Of a stretch of 43,168 bases of DNA, positions 13,369-24,427 are shown in pieces. The notes beneath the pieces were generated by a model. It was not told where the DNA came from. It saw nothing but the letters and a program-made list of their open reading frames with translations, and ran no database searches. The first letter of the stretch is position 1. The number at the start of each line of letters is the position of its first letter. The stretch lies in NCBI GenBank assembly GCA_001244265.2, contig CDLV01000008.1, forward strand, positions 2,232,001-2,275,168, written 5' to 3'. The position numbers and the translations under genes are program-made. The stretch is from Microbotryum violaceum. Taxonomy: Eukaryota.

Positions 13369-15545
13369 TCAGAAGGGCGTTGCCGACGGCCATGCGCCGC
13401 TGTACTCGTCTTGAGCTTGAGCATGATTGTAGGAAGTGGGATTGTCGTAGTCCTTCTGCATTGACGAGGAACCGACGATCGACGTCGGAGCGGACGAAGC
13501 ATACCCATTCGCATTCCCATTCGTATTCGCATTCCCGATCCCATTCGTATATCCAATCGCATTCGCATTCGCCGTTCCCACCTCCGCCAATCGAGGAAAC
13601 CCGATGCCGGACATCATCATCTGTTGTTGTCTCATCGTCACCATCTGAACAAATGCCATCACTTCTCCATTCGTAGGTTCGCGGTCCGTCAAGTGCGCGA
13701 AGAGCGTTGGACGAAGGGAGGCTACGAGGGACGTCCACGAGTGCGGGGAGAGGGCGGAGAAAGTTGTTGGGTCGAAGGAGGCTGCGGGGGAGGAGGTGGG
13801 AGAGGGATGTGGTCGTGGTTGTGGTGGGAGGAGAGGGGTAGTGGAGGGGGTGACTTGGGGTGTAGGTAGGAACATCGGCGGTTTGAAGCCTGGTGGGGGT
13901 GGGGGTGGGGGTGGCGCAACAAGTGACGGGTTCGCATTTGTGGATGGGAAAGAGGGCGAAGGGCGCGGGGCAGGAGATGAAGAAGATGGTTCGAGCAACG
14001 AACTCGAAACTTGATTGTTTCGAGAGTCTGGTCTGTCGGACGAGTGTAGGGCGGGGGGAGGAAGGGTCGAGCGTGAAGCATCTTTCACAGAAGGCGGCGG
14101 CTTCGCCAGCGATTCGAGAAGCGCGATTTGTGAGGTGTTGAATGGTGATGCCGAGCGTGCTGGAGTTGGGAGAGGAGGTACGTTTGACGATGCTATCGCA
14201 GGAGCTGGCGGGGGTGTCGGTTCGTTCGGAAGGCTGTTCGATAGAAGGGGAGATGAGCCGGTGAGTGAAGACTTGCCTTTCTCGTTGCCCCGACATCAGG
14301 CGAATACGCACAAGACCCCGGATTTCGCGCCTGCGATCGCGCGAGCTACTTCATCCTGGATTGATAAGGTGGGTCTGCCTTTACCGTTCGTTGTCGAAGA
14401 AGAGTTGGACGAGGTCGAGGTCGAGGTCGGATCGGATTGAGCGGCAAAGAGGGCGAGCACACTGGCTGGCAGGCCTGAAGGTGCCGAGCTGGGAGGGTCT
14501 GGAGCACGGACGGAGTGTTAAGGTGCTATCTCAGCTCTCTAGCACACGTAAAGAATGCAAAGAACGCGGAGATGGACATTGCAAGCTTCGCACGAGGATC
14601 GATGCGCCGTCATCGATCAATCGATCGATCGCTCGCTGTGACAAAGCTACAACGAAGGTCGCACCAGGAAACAAGACCGGAAACAGGACATGACGGCAAA
14701 TGCACTCACCTTGTGTTGCTGCGACGGTATAAGCTTCTGGGGGAAGCGATAGCGGAGGTGTGGTCGAAGCCGAGAGTGGAGCTGATCCGTTCGCTCCGCT
14801 GGCGCCTTGTTGGTCGAAGGCGGCCATCTTGGCGTTGATCCGTGAAAGCGACGACGACGAAAAAACGGCTCCCTTTTGCCAGATCTCAAGGATCTTGCGC
14901 ACTTTTTCCTGTGGGATTGCCATCGAGAGCACGGTTTCAGTTGGCCGAGCTCGATCGCTGACAGCTCCGCGGTTGCGAAGCAGAACGACAAGCGGTGACG
15001 AACACGATGCTGTTGTTCGCCATTCTCCCACGAGTCGAGTATGATCTTGGCGAGCATGGCTTCCAACTCGGTCATAAAGGCCGCATAATCCGATGTGGCC
15101 AATGATGCGCTCGAGGTCGACGGTTCGAACGACGACACGGATTGCTCCTTCAGGGCTCGCTTGACACGCTTCCTGCCTTCCTTTGCGATGGCGTCGACGA
15201 GGTACAAGGAATGAAGCTTTTGCGGTGGGGTGGCTTTGCGGTGGTGGCGAAGGATCGAGGCGACGAGCGGAGTGTCGGGCTGTGCGGGTGCGACAAGTCA
15301 GCCTTCAGCGCAACGCAGGGACACATCACTGGAGCCGTAAGCCCGCGCACATGGACATTGAGCATAGCACTCTCGACGACGGCTTCCACTCTCGAATGGG
15401 ACAGCGACTTGGTGAGCGCCTGTCGCACGGACCGATCGAATTCCTGCGAAGATGAGTTGGGCGAGCTCAGTCAGCGCCCGATAACAAGGCAGCGTGCTGA
15501 ATAGAGTCGCACTCGGATGCTTACCTCGATAGTTGAAGTGGCCAT
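13369..15545 (-). CDS. RNA polymerase II CTD-interacting domain (CID/RPR) protein, Nrd1/Seb1/SCAF-like N-terminus with Pro/Ser-rich tail
   Basis: ATG 15545 (MATSTIE|EFDRSVRQAL...), CID motifs HHRKATPPQKLHSLYLVDAIAKE and EKVRKILEIWQKGAVF, then low-complexity exons to the stop at 13369. Confidence 0.8.
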
Positions 15546-15710
15546 ATCCGACGTCGTGGAGGGATACCGGGTCGAGCACGGCTGCTGTCGTCGCAGTCGT
15601 GAGCGCCACCCAGTGAGGTGAGCGTGCGGGAGGCCTAAGCCATCATCCTGCCGCGCCCAACTTTAATTTTGGGGCCCGGCCACCCGCCACCGCCAGCCAC
15701 GACGCACCTA

Positions 15711-15857
15711 TGCGGGTCAAAATAAGCCTAACAAATATACTACCCCGCGCGCGGCGAGTTTAGGGAGCTTTTTAAAGATTTGGCCCAGGAAAACGTTGGT
15801 GCGGGCTAGGTGCACCATTGCCCTGCCAACCCCCAGCCCCGGAGGCAAAAGTGGTCA
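15711..15857 (+). repeat. Left arm of imperfect long inverted repeat
   Basis: CCCCGCGCGCGGCGAGTTTAGGGAGCTTTT..TTTGGCCC..GTTGGT..GGTGCACCATTGCCCT..CCCCGG..GTGGTCA is collinear with the reverse complement of 24095-24249. Confidence 0.85.
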
Positions 15858-15870
15858 CTAATCCGGGCAC

Positions 15871-18800
15871 TTGCTACTTATCCCCGCTAATGGTCCATCT
15901 GCCTCAGCACCACGAGTTCCCCCCCACTTCCCTCCAACCAAGGCCTTGCAGGCTCGCACCCATTGCTTCAAGCATGGACATCCTACCACACACACCACCA
16001 CCTCTACAACCTCGCTCAGCATTGCCAGTCGGAACAGAGAAGGGAAAACGCCTGACAAGACCAAGCGCAAGAAGAGCACGACCGTGAGGAGGAGGAAGAA
16101 GGTGACCAGCAGCAACAAGGACACGTGTGAGAATGGGGCCACGACGTCGGTCGGAACGGAGGAGGAGGCAAAGACGAAGAAGATGAAGAGGAGGAAATTA
16201 TGGACCAAGCGAGTACGGAAAAGGGAGCCATCGTTGTCCCCGGATAGCGAGCTGTTCGACAAGACGTTCGGCTTCAACTTCGGCATTTTCCGCTCTCCAA
16301 CGAAGAGGCGTCCGAAACGTCAGCCGGGCCCTCCCCTATCACCATCAGTCCAGAGGTCAACGCGTCGTCGGAAGGAGCATTCGGAGAAATCTATTGCCGG
16401 CCTCCGCAAATCATCGTCCTAGCCTTGGACTGACATTGCCGATGGCGCAACGGCGTGGCCTCTAGACACCGAGACCGGCGGCTTCGAGCACAACTTCAAG
16501 CCTAACAGCGCGCCCGACTTTGAGCCCGACTACGACTTCGGTCGCGACTTCGGCGGTGGATACTCATCTGGACCGGAGCATTCGCCATTCCACCCAGACG
16601 GTGCTTCTCAAGACCAAGCGCCCTCTTCCCTTAAGCGATCGCAGATCGAGAGGAACGCCAAGAAGCAGCGCAATCGTCGCCGGAATGCGAGGGCCGAAGC
16701 TAAAACTAGGGCGTCAAAACGAGCTGAACTTCTCTAGGCGTACCTATTGCTGAAGAAAAAGGCCAAAGAAGTGCTTCGACAGAGCGGGTTTGTCCCTTCC
16801 CCAGACGACGAGGGGTGGTGCGACGCATGTCATGAACGCCGAGTCACCAGAAAGGTCCGGGTTGTCGACCTGTTCTTTGCAGGTAGGTGCTTATGTTGCA
16901 CGTATTTTGTCAATCACCCCTACGCTATCGTCTTGGACTGATTTGATATCCCCCAACCATGAGCAAGCATGCGAGAACTACGATACTGCCCATGCTATCC
17001 CGAGATCCAAACCCTGGCAGCTCACGGTCTTCTCCCGACGTCGTCATCTTCAATCCGAAAAAGAGAAGGCATCACCGCATTCACCTTTCGCACGATCGAA
17101 TATCTCAACACCTACTGGGGGGTAGATCCTTTTGGTATCTATGACATGTCCGAAGCGCTCATTCTCTTTTGGTCCTCTGAGATATCCTCGGGGATCCTTT
17201 TAACAAGGTGGGCTCTGGGACAGGGACAGGCCGGTAACATTCACTGTTTCTTACAGAAAATATTGGAAGCTTCCCAGGGTCCAACCGTGCGTCAGCATCT
17301 TCAAGCCACAATGGATGAATATCGATTTATGCAACAGCTGCAGGCAACTTTGACCGCCGAATTTATCGGCCTCTCCCCGCTCGAGCGTCTGGCCGACGTT
17401 TGTCCGGCATGTTTTGGGCCTCGGATCGATGAAGCCGACAAGGGCGAGAATGACCTCGATGTCATCATTGCTGTCGACGGCAATTTTCAGCATCGACAAT
17501 TCGCGCGGGCAACTGCTGATCCTCTCAAGTCACGTCCAGCGTTATTCCTGTCACCAGACAAGATTCGAAACGAGCAAGCTTTGATCGACGGATCGACTGA
17601 AGCGGGCGAGCAGGTACCTTGGTGCTGCTGATGTTGGGTCACCCGAACCCAATAATGCGTTGACCCGACTGTCTGTGATTGCTAAACGGGCTATTCTATC
17701 ATATATGACGAATGTACAGCGAACTGGAAGGCCGCAGATGGTGGTGTGACCTCCGCTTCGTCAAATGTAGTAGCCGACACAGGCCTCGTTTCTGCAGTGT
17801 GCCGTCATGATCATTGCCTGCGACTTTGCAACCTTCATCAATCAGGTGAAAAGTATGTGTGGACCGGCCATCTGTGACTCCAGGCAAGGACACTAATAAG
17901 CGAGTTTGGTCTACCGCAGGTTAGTATATCCCGTGTCGCTGTTGAAATGGATTCTCGAAGAAGTTGAAGTCGGAGAAACGGATTGTACTACGGGACCTGC
18001 GCGTACCAGTGACGCTACAAACGTCGGATCCAGCTCGGGATCGGGCTCCCACCAAAGTTCGAGTCAGGATCGAAGTCGAGTTGGAGTCGCGTATGATATC
18101 GCCTGCAACTTATCGTCGCACTTACGCCGTGTGAGTTTGTTCGTGACACTCAGCCTGAGCATTGGCTTAGTCCGTAGCTGAACAGCTCATCTCTCCCCGG
18201 TATGCGCAGCGCAATCTTCTGGCAGACCACTTACCGCGTCTAGAATTTGCTCTCTCGTCGATGCATGCCTATGCGCACAAGTGGTCCTGCCAGGTTGACT
18301 TTGATCCGCGCTTTTTACCCAGTTTTGGTTTGACTGATGCCGAGGGAGCCGAGCGCTTGTGGTCGCAGCTTCGAGGCATGATACCCATGAATCGATCATC
18401 CAGTGCCTCCCATCGGCTGGAGAACATCAATCGTCGAGCGTCTGCTTATAACAAGCAGCATCTGGCCGAACTTGGTTCGCCTAAGCGTCCAGTCTTTCAT
18501 GCACTACCTTACCATGTCGCTGATCTTTGGCGTATCGATCATGCCCAGTGACCAAACTTAATTCTCGACTCAAAAACTCAATCAAGCTCAAGGCCGAAGC
18601 CGACAGAGTCATTGCTGAGGTCGTTAATCGCTCCGCCGAATGGACGGTCGCTACCCTCCTTGAACAATGACACGCGTAACGTGCAGCGTCCAAGCAGATC
18701 CCTCTGAAAGAGCAGCGCAAAGAGGTAGCCGAGATGCGCAACGTCATGTTCAATCTTGAGCTGATTAACAGAGACATCGCAGCATGCCGGTGGGTCTGAG

Positions 18801-20157
18801 CTATCGTCGTCGTTTGGGAGTGAGACACGAACCGGTAACCTAACTTCGGTATTCATTTTTCGATTGCTATAGGGAAGACCTAGCCTGCGTGAACACCATA
18901 GATACGAACAAGCTTATAGAACAGTCGACTCAACTTCAACAGCTGGCCAAACAACGGCAGGTTCTTGATGATCGACTGAACTCCTTACGCACGTCGGACA
19001 TAAACATCAGTGTCCTGGACCCTGGTACGTCACTCCCTTCTTCCATTCTGACCCTCTGGTGTGATCCCCGTTGTCCTCGCTTAAATATTTCAATACCTTT
19101 GATTGACACGGACTATGAATTTGCCTGCACATTGATTATCGCATCTCGCTCGCTGTGGGACTTGGTCGTACAATATCGACAGGGAGCTGAGAAGCTGCGG
19201 CTCCCGTGCCTAGGCGGTAAAGCCCTCGGTAGGAAATCCATGGTACGAGTCTTCTGCGCCGGCAGAAGGAACGCTGATGTGTAGCAATGCCAGCTCATAG
19301 GTACGAAAGCGGCTGGTCTCCTGGTCAAGAATCTTAATTCTTTGCGTCCAAGACTCATGAAGGCAGTGGCGATGTATAACGACGAGGTGAAAAAGTATGC
19401 TGCCATCCTCGCCAATTCTGAGGATTCCCATTCGATCTTGAGAACCCGAAGGGTACCGCCGTCAGCCCCAGAGGATCTCAACGAACTGCTCAAACTCGAC
19501 ATCTTGGCGCCGCTCTGGAATAACGGATTATATAGTCATCCCACTGAGCCGTGGGCCTACGATGATGATGTTCGTGTCGGCATTCCAGCAGTATTGTCTC
19601 GCGCAAGATGCCAGCAAGAAATCAAGCGACTTGGATGGGAAGTGCGTCGCATTGGACGGTGGCTGATAAGCCGTCGCAAGAGGTTTCAGCAAGTTCGCCA
19701 GCAATCACTCCAACGAGATGAGCAGGATGACTCTGCGATGATGATGCTCGAGCAAGAAGAAGAGCGTCTTAGAAATATTGCGCGCCGATGGTTTTCGAAG
19801 GGCGGCCTAGATCACCTGTGGGAATGCACCCGGCAAACCGGCGAACCGCAAGTGGAGGAGTGGGTCCAGCTTCGAATGTGGTGCACCGACGACGTTGATG
19901 TTTTCCAACGAACCACAGCGGGTGGCTTGCCGGATCACACATGGCCAGACTGCATCAATGATGGGATGGTCGGAGAGTCAGACGACATCACCACGGATCA
20001 TGACACCCTTCTTGACCTCAGTGATCATTCGAGCGATGATCCGAGTCATCATTCCGTCGACACTACCGATTACGGCGCCTTCAGTGACGAGATCAACGAG
20101 AACTTTGATGAAGACGATGGCGATTTTTTTGGGGGATTTGATATTGATCATATATAG
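15871..20157 (+). pseudogene. CxC1-domain KDZ transposase, multi-exon, with premature stops
   Basis: CxC-like WCDACH...YCPCYPEIQTLAAHGLLP...TAFTF; CPACFG, IAVDGNFQHR, TGLVSAVCRHD, SGEK, VAYDIACNL, MHAYAHKWSCQ, GLTDAEGAERLWS, EPWA, RCQQEIKRL. In-frame stops at 16420, 16735, 18668 and 18677. True start uncertain (first in-frame ATG 16183). Confidence 0.92.
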
Positions 20158-20269
20158 TTGCAGTATTTTGCCCAGTTGCTACTTGCACTAGTAAAGAGAT
20201 CAATGATGCGTTCATTTCGCTAGTAATTCTACCCGTTATACGACGCTTCGCCAGGAAGTGCAACAAGAG

Positions 20270-21860
20270 CGATCAGACATCCAAGACCCGGCATCGCTAA
20301 ATCGCTCGATCTTGCGGTGGCTCGCCTAATGTCGCTCGAGTAAAGCTGGCAGCCGGAGCCCAACACGACCGGTAAGATTTAAAGGAAGAGCGCGCTACAC
20401 TGAGGGAGTGAACACAAGCGTCCAATGCATCTTTGTTGCACTGACTGCACTGAGATCTCCTACATGTAGACCGCGCTCCCTGCCAGTCAGTCACATGCGC
20501 AGTCCGTGTCGTGCCTTGGGTGACACTTCCCAAACAGTCAGCAGGGATTGCAAAAGTATTTGTTATATTCCAACACTGCCGACTACATTTTGATGTATAC
20601 TTGAACGAAGTCCTGATCCAGCGTACTGCTTTGTCGCAATTCCTTCCTGCGTAGTTCACACGCTCACTGTAATCTCGATGCGAAGTACGTCATCACGGGC
20701 GCTTGCGTTTCAACAGTCGAACTGCAGCAAGTCATAGTCACCCATACCCAAAGTATTGTGCTATATTTGACTGAACAAAGCCACGAGCGAGTCAGATTCA
20801 CCTTGATACACCCCTTGCTCTGTCGTTGCTCTACGTTTTCTCATCGCGTTAGGCGGTTTGAGAGTTCTGCACGCTGTTGTGGCCTAGGCCTCCTTCTAAT
20901 ATCGACCGACCGACTGCCCTGCCGTGGTTTTCGGCGATGGCAGGTCATATAGTCTTTTGTGACACCAATCAGGGTTCAAACCCAAGGTGGACAACACGTC
21001 GTGTTGGAGTCAGACTGAAAGTACCCAAACCGGGAGGGTGTTTTCAAAGTTCTTTTCGACGGGACATACCGTCTTGTCATCATTGTGATGGTCATCTTCT
21101 TGGTCTTCAGTTGGGTCTTATAGTTGCGACGATGGGTGAATTCAGGATGGGACATGAAAGGAGAGGTCGAGCTGTCGTCTGACCCCTGTATTGCAGTCCC
21201 ACCGAATGCCCTCACAGTTGTCCACCGTCCGGTTTTGCGGCGCGCAGGCAGTTAAGGGTTATGCAGTGGCAACCGGTTCGACCTGAAGGTGAAGTCAGAT
21301 TGTATCTAAGGGAAGAAGACAACGGTAGGCCAAAAGGTCAAACAGACTTGTGCAACGAGACCCGGTCAATGGTACGGTGCCTTCGGACGAAGCATGGATA
21401 CATGGATATGATAATGATTAGGAGGGATCGGTTCCCAAGTGTGTTTGAAACGGGAGGCGCAAGAAACGGCGATGAGGTCGAAGTTGGAAAAGGTGTATGG
21501 CCATTTGGTTGTACATCACAAGTTAAGAAGAAGAAGAAGAAGAAGAAAGAGGAGATGCGTCGGCCGAGAGCTATTCTAATTTCGTTGACCCAAGGTAAAT
21601 AGATGCGCAGAGATGTCGCCTTGCCTGGATGCGAGCGCCACACCGTTGTGCTGCGGCCCATGCGGTGCGCCCCGAGTCCTTGTAGGACAAAGGTGCGGAA
21701 CGATTGGTTGTGAAGAAAGACTCCAGCGTAATCTCTGGAAGGGGGGCCGTAGATGAACGGGATGCCGGGCGCCCGGAGCACACAGGGGCCCCCGGGCCTT
21801 GACGTAGGAAACGGTCCGCTGCGGGGGGGGTCGAGTATGCCCAGTGATCTTGGCGGAGCC
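20270..21860 (-). pseudogene. Degenerate multi-exon gene relic inside the KDZ element (weak resemblance to Ulp1/C48 peptidase)
   Basis: Splice-like signals on the minus strand and broken frames ILWVWVTMTCCSSTVETQAPVMTYFASRL and KDALDACVHSLSVAR...FTRA. The catalytic HW/D/QxxxxDCG motifs are not intact. Confidence 0.25.
21525..21548. repeat. (AAG)n microsatellite
   Basis: aagaagaagaagaagaagaagaaa visible directly. Confidence 0.9.
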
Positions 21861-22112
21861 TGACAGAATGAGCGTTCTGATGGTATTGATTTACAATCCT
21901 GTTAAGATTAATTGCCACAATCAAGATGGCGGCTGAGACGCTGTATGCGTGCATGACAATCATCTGAAACTAAACTCAAGGATCTACACTGAAAGACGCG
22001 TCACAAACCACAGAGACATAACAAATATCGGTCATCTTGCAGACCGACTCAGAGCATAGTATGCCCAAAGAAAGACATAAGAACGGTCTCAATCCATCGA
22101 CGATGTTTTGCT

Positions 22113-24101
22113 TCATTCATCCTCCGGTCTCCTCCGCCACCCCCCGCTATTTTTTTCTCTATCTTCTTCTCCGCTTTTTTCTCCGCCGCGTACCTCTCCG
22201 CCTTCGTCCCCGGCTCCACCAAATCTTGGGCTCATGGGTCCTTCTCCGCCATTCAAGTCATTGTCGCTTGCCTCTGCCTCCGTGTTGTCGTTCGGGTCCG
22301 CCGAGGGTACGATAGCGAGGCGGCCGTGACGGAGGTCGTCAATGATAGCCTTGAGCTGAGCAACGGTTCGCTTGGGCGATGTCTCTGCACTATGATGCAG
22401 AGCCATTTCGTATCTACTCTTCGTTCCGGGCTTGATCCGCAATTTGACACCCAGTGCCTTCAAGCCCTGGGTAGACCACATCATCTTCTTCTGAGGTGTG
22501 AAAGCGCCTGTCGATGATCCCGTGTCGGAACGGCGATGTATAGTCTCGAGGGCAGAGTCTGTAAAGACGGAAATGATTAGCACGGAGTCGAGCCCGATCA
22601 GATGCAGACTACTTACTGAGTTGGGCGCGGAACAGAGTGCCGTGTCATTTGCCAAGAACGCCACAAGTAGCACTGTCCATCGAGCGAGTTCTTGCTGATA
22701 GATGAGACGAAAACATATGTCACATAATTGGTAATGGTAACTTGGTCTCATGCGCGTATAACTTGCGATGAAAGGCTCACCCTCTTTCAGATCTGCCGCT
22801 TCATTGGCCTTGAGTGTCTCATCCCAGCTCATCTTGGAAGCAAAATCAGACAACAAGGAATTGCCGGATGGATCCTTGAAGTCGTTGCAGTGAGCTGCAA
22901 ATCTGAGCCCACCTATCGAATGCACGGTCGCCTTCGTCGCTGGCGACACGTCGTCTTGATAACGAGGGACAATAAAGGCCAGGGTTTCCACTCCGTACAG
23001 CTTGGACATGCGTTGCGCCAGGTCTCGCAACTCTGCAATGTACTTTTTGCATTGCTCCATCCGAGTTGGGGAAGGAATGTCGGATGGCGACCGTGTGATG
23101 ATGGTGGGTGGTACTATCGAAGTGAAAGTCGTATTACCTCCGGCCTCTGCCGCTGCAAAAGCCGCGCGAACAAGCTCTTCATCGTCCTCGCCAAGTTGGG
23201 CAGATGCGAGGTCCCCCTGGTCTCTCAGGAAGTTCCAGAGGTGAGCGGCAAGTTTGGTGATGGATTGCGATTTCGACTGATCCGATTCTGAGCACGTTTG
23301 ACACACCCAGGGTATGTAAGAACAGACATTGCGGACGCAGCGGTAAGCATAAGCGAGAGCGTAGGAGAGTGGAGTGGGCATGACCGGAAGCGCCCGGAGG
23401 ACCACTCACCCTTGCTTGCTCGCTAGTGTAAAACCTTGATTACAGGGTCCGAGAGAAATCTAAACCACGCATTGCCCTTCGAAGCGATCCTGTCGAACTT
23501 TTTGACGGCCTGAACGAGCCTTGCATGAGATATGCCGAGTTTCGCGGCCATCTTGAGCTCCGAGTAATATCTTCGAGCGGCCCAGCGCTTCAGCGAGGTC
23601 CACTTTCTTTGACTCATACGACCGGTCGCGTTCCGATGCGAGCCATGTATGGCCGTCCAGAGCCTGATAGCTCTTCGATGGTCGATCGCGACATCTTCAA
23701 ACTCGCTCTCACTGTGACTGTGACTGTCACTTTCACTGTCACTGTCGTCAGCCGAGGATTGACTGGAATCGCCCAAATTGGGCTCGTCAGAGTCGGAGTC
23801 GGACGAAGGGGTTTGGGGCACGGGCATGCGCCGCTTTCTCTTCCGAGTCGGGCGTCGAGACGGTTCATCCAGAATTGTACTGGCTTGTGAGGAGGCTCGA
23901 CGGCTTTGATCGTCCCTCCGACCTGCAAGAGGTGTGAGAGAACTGAGAATTCTTCAGCTGTCCGTCAGGATTGAGTAGATAGAAGGATGAGGTTGATGAC
24001 TGGCACTCTGCTCTCAGCCCTGCTACAAGGGATCTCAGTTGGCACACCAGACAAGAGCACTCACTCGGATGTACTAGTGGCCCCTTATTACTTATGACCA
24101 T
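22113..24101 (-). pseudogene. KDZ-associated gene with acidic tract and HMG-box-like segment; probable premature stop
   Basis: Exon 1 24101-24065 (MVISNKGPLVHP) splices in frame via GTGAGT..GCAG to 23922, then an NLS-like RKRKRR and a D/S-rich tract. NAWFRFLSDP...SITKLAAHLWNFL resembles an HMG box. A TAG at 23425-23423 sits just before the next donor. Confidence 0.6.
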
Positions 24102-24249
24102 TTGAGGTGCACTGCGCCGGGGTGGGATGGGGTGGGGAGGGCATTGGTGCACCCGACCTGTACCAACCTCCAACCGGGCCAAAAAAACAGAAAAGCTGCC
24201 TTAACTCGCCCGCGCGGGGAGCTCATTTGGCTGGGTTAACGGACCTGCC
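24095..24249 (-). repeat. Right arm of imperfect long inverted repeat
   Basis: Reverse complement reads CCCCGCGCGGGCGAGTTAAGGCAGCTTTT..TTTGGCCC..GTTGGT..GGTGCACCAATGCCCT..CCCCGG..ATGGTCA. Confidence 0.85.
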
Positions 24250-24283
24250 GATCTGGGCAGGGGCCAACCCAGCCAAGTATAAG
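24227..24283 (+). promoter_or_regulatory. GC-rich hairpin immediately followed by a TATA-like box upstream of the secreted-protein gene
   Basis: TTGGCTGGGTT (24227-37) pairs with AACCCAGCCAA (24266-76); inner CCTGCC/GGCAGG. TATAA at 24278, then a pyrimidine tract and ATG 24428. Confidence 0.55.
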
Positions 24284-24427
24284 GACACTAAAGCCAGGTC
24301 CACGCCCGTCCACCTCTCTCCCCTTCCTCCCTTCCCTCCCCCATCCCTACCACGTCATTGAACGTCTCGATCTCTCCGGACCAAGTCTTACCCTCAAGTC
24401 CACTTCCTCAAACTCGTTTCCATCATC

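Larger units (their letters stand above)
15711..24276. mobile_element. Decayed KDZ-superfamily (CxC1/Kyakuja-type) DNA transposon with convergent genes; exact termini not resolved
   Basis: KDZ transposase on +, HMG-box-like gene on -, bracketed by ~150-bp imperfect inverted repeats. No target-site duplication found by eye. Confidence 0.75.

Noticed and set aside
15711-24276. TET/JBP dioxygenase expected with KDZ elements
   Set aside because: No HxD...H...R 2OG-Fe(II) pattern found in the frames examined.
24227-24291. Helitron 3' end (hairpin plus CTRR)
   Set aside because: CTAA at ~24288 is followed by A rather than T, and no Rep/helicase or matching 5' TC end was seen.
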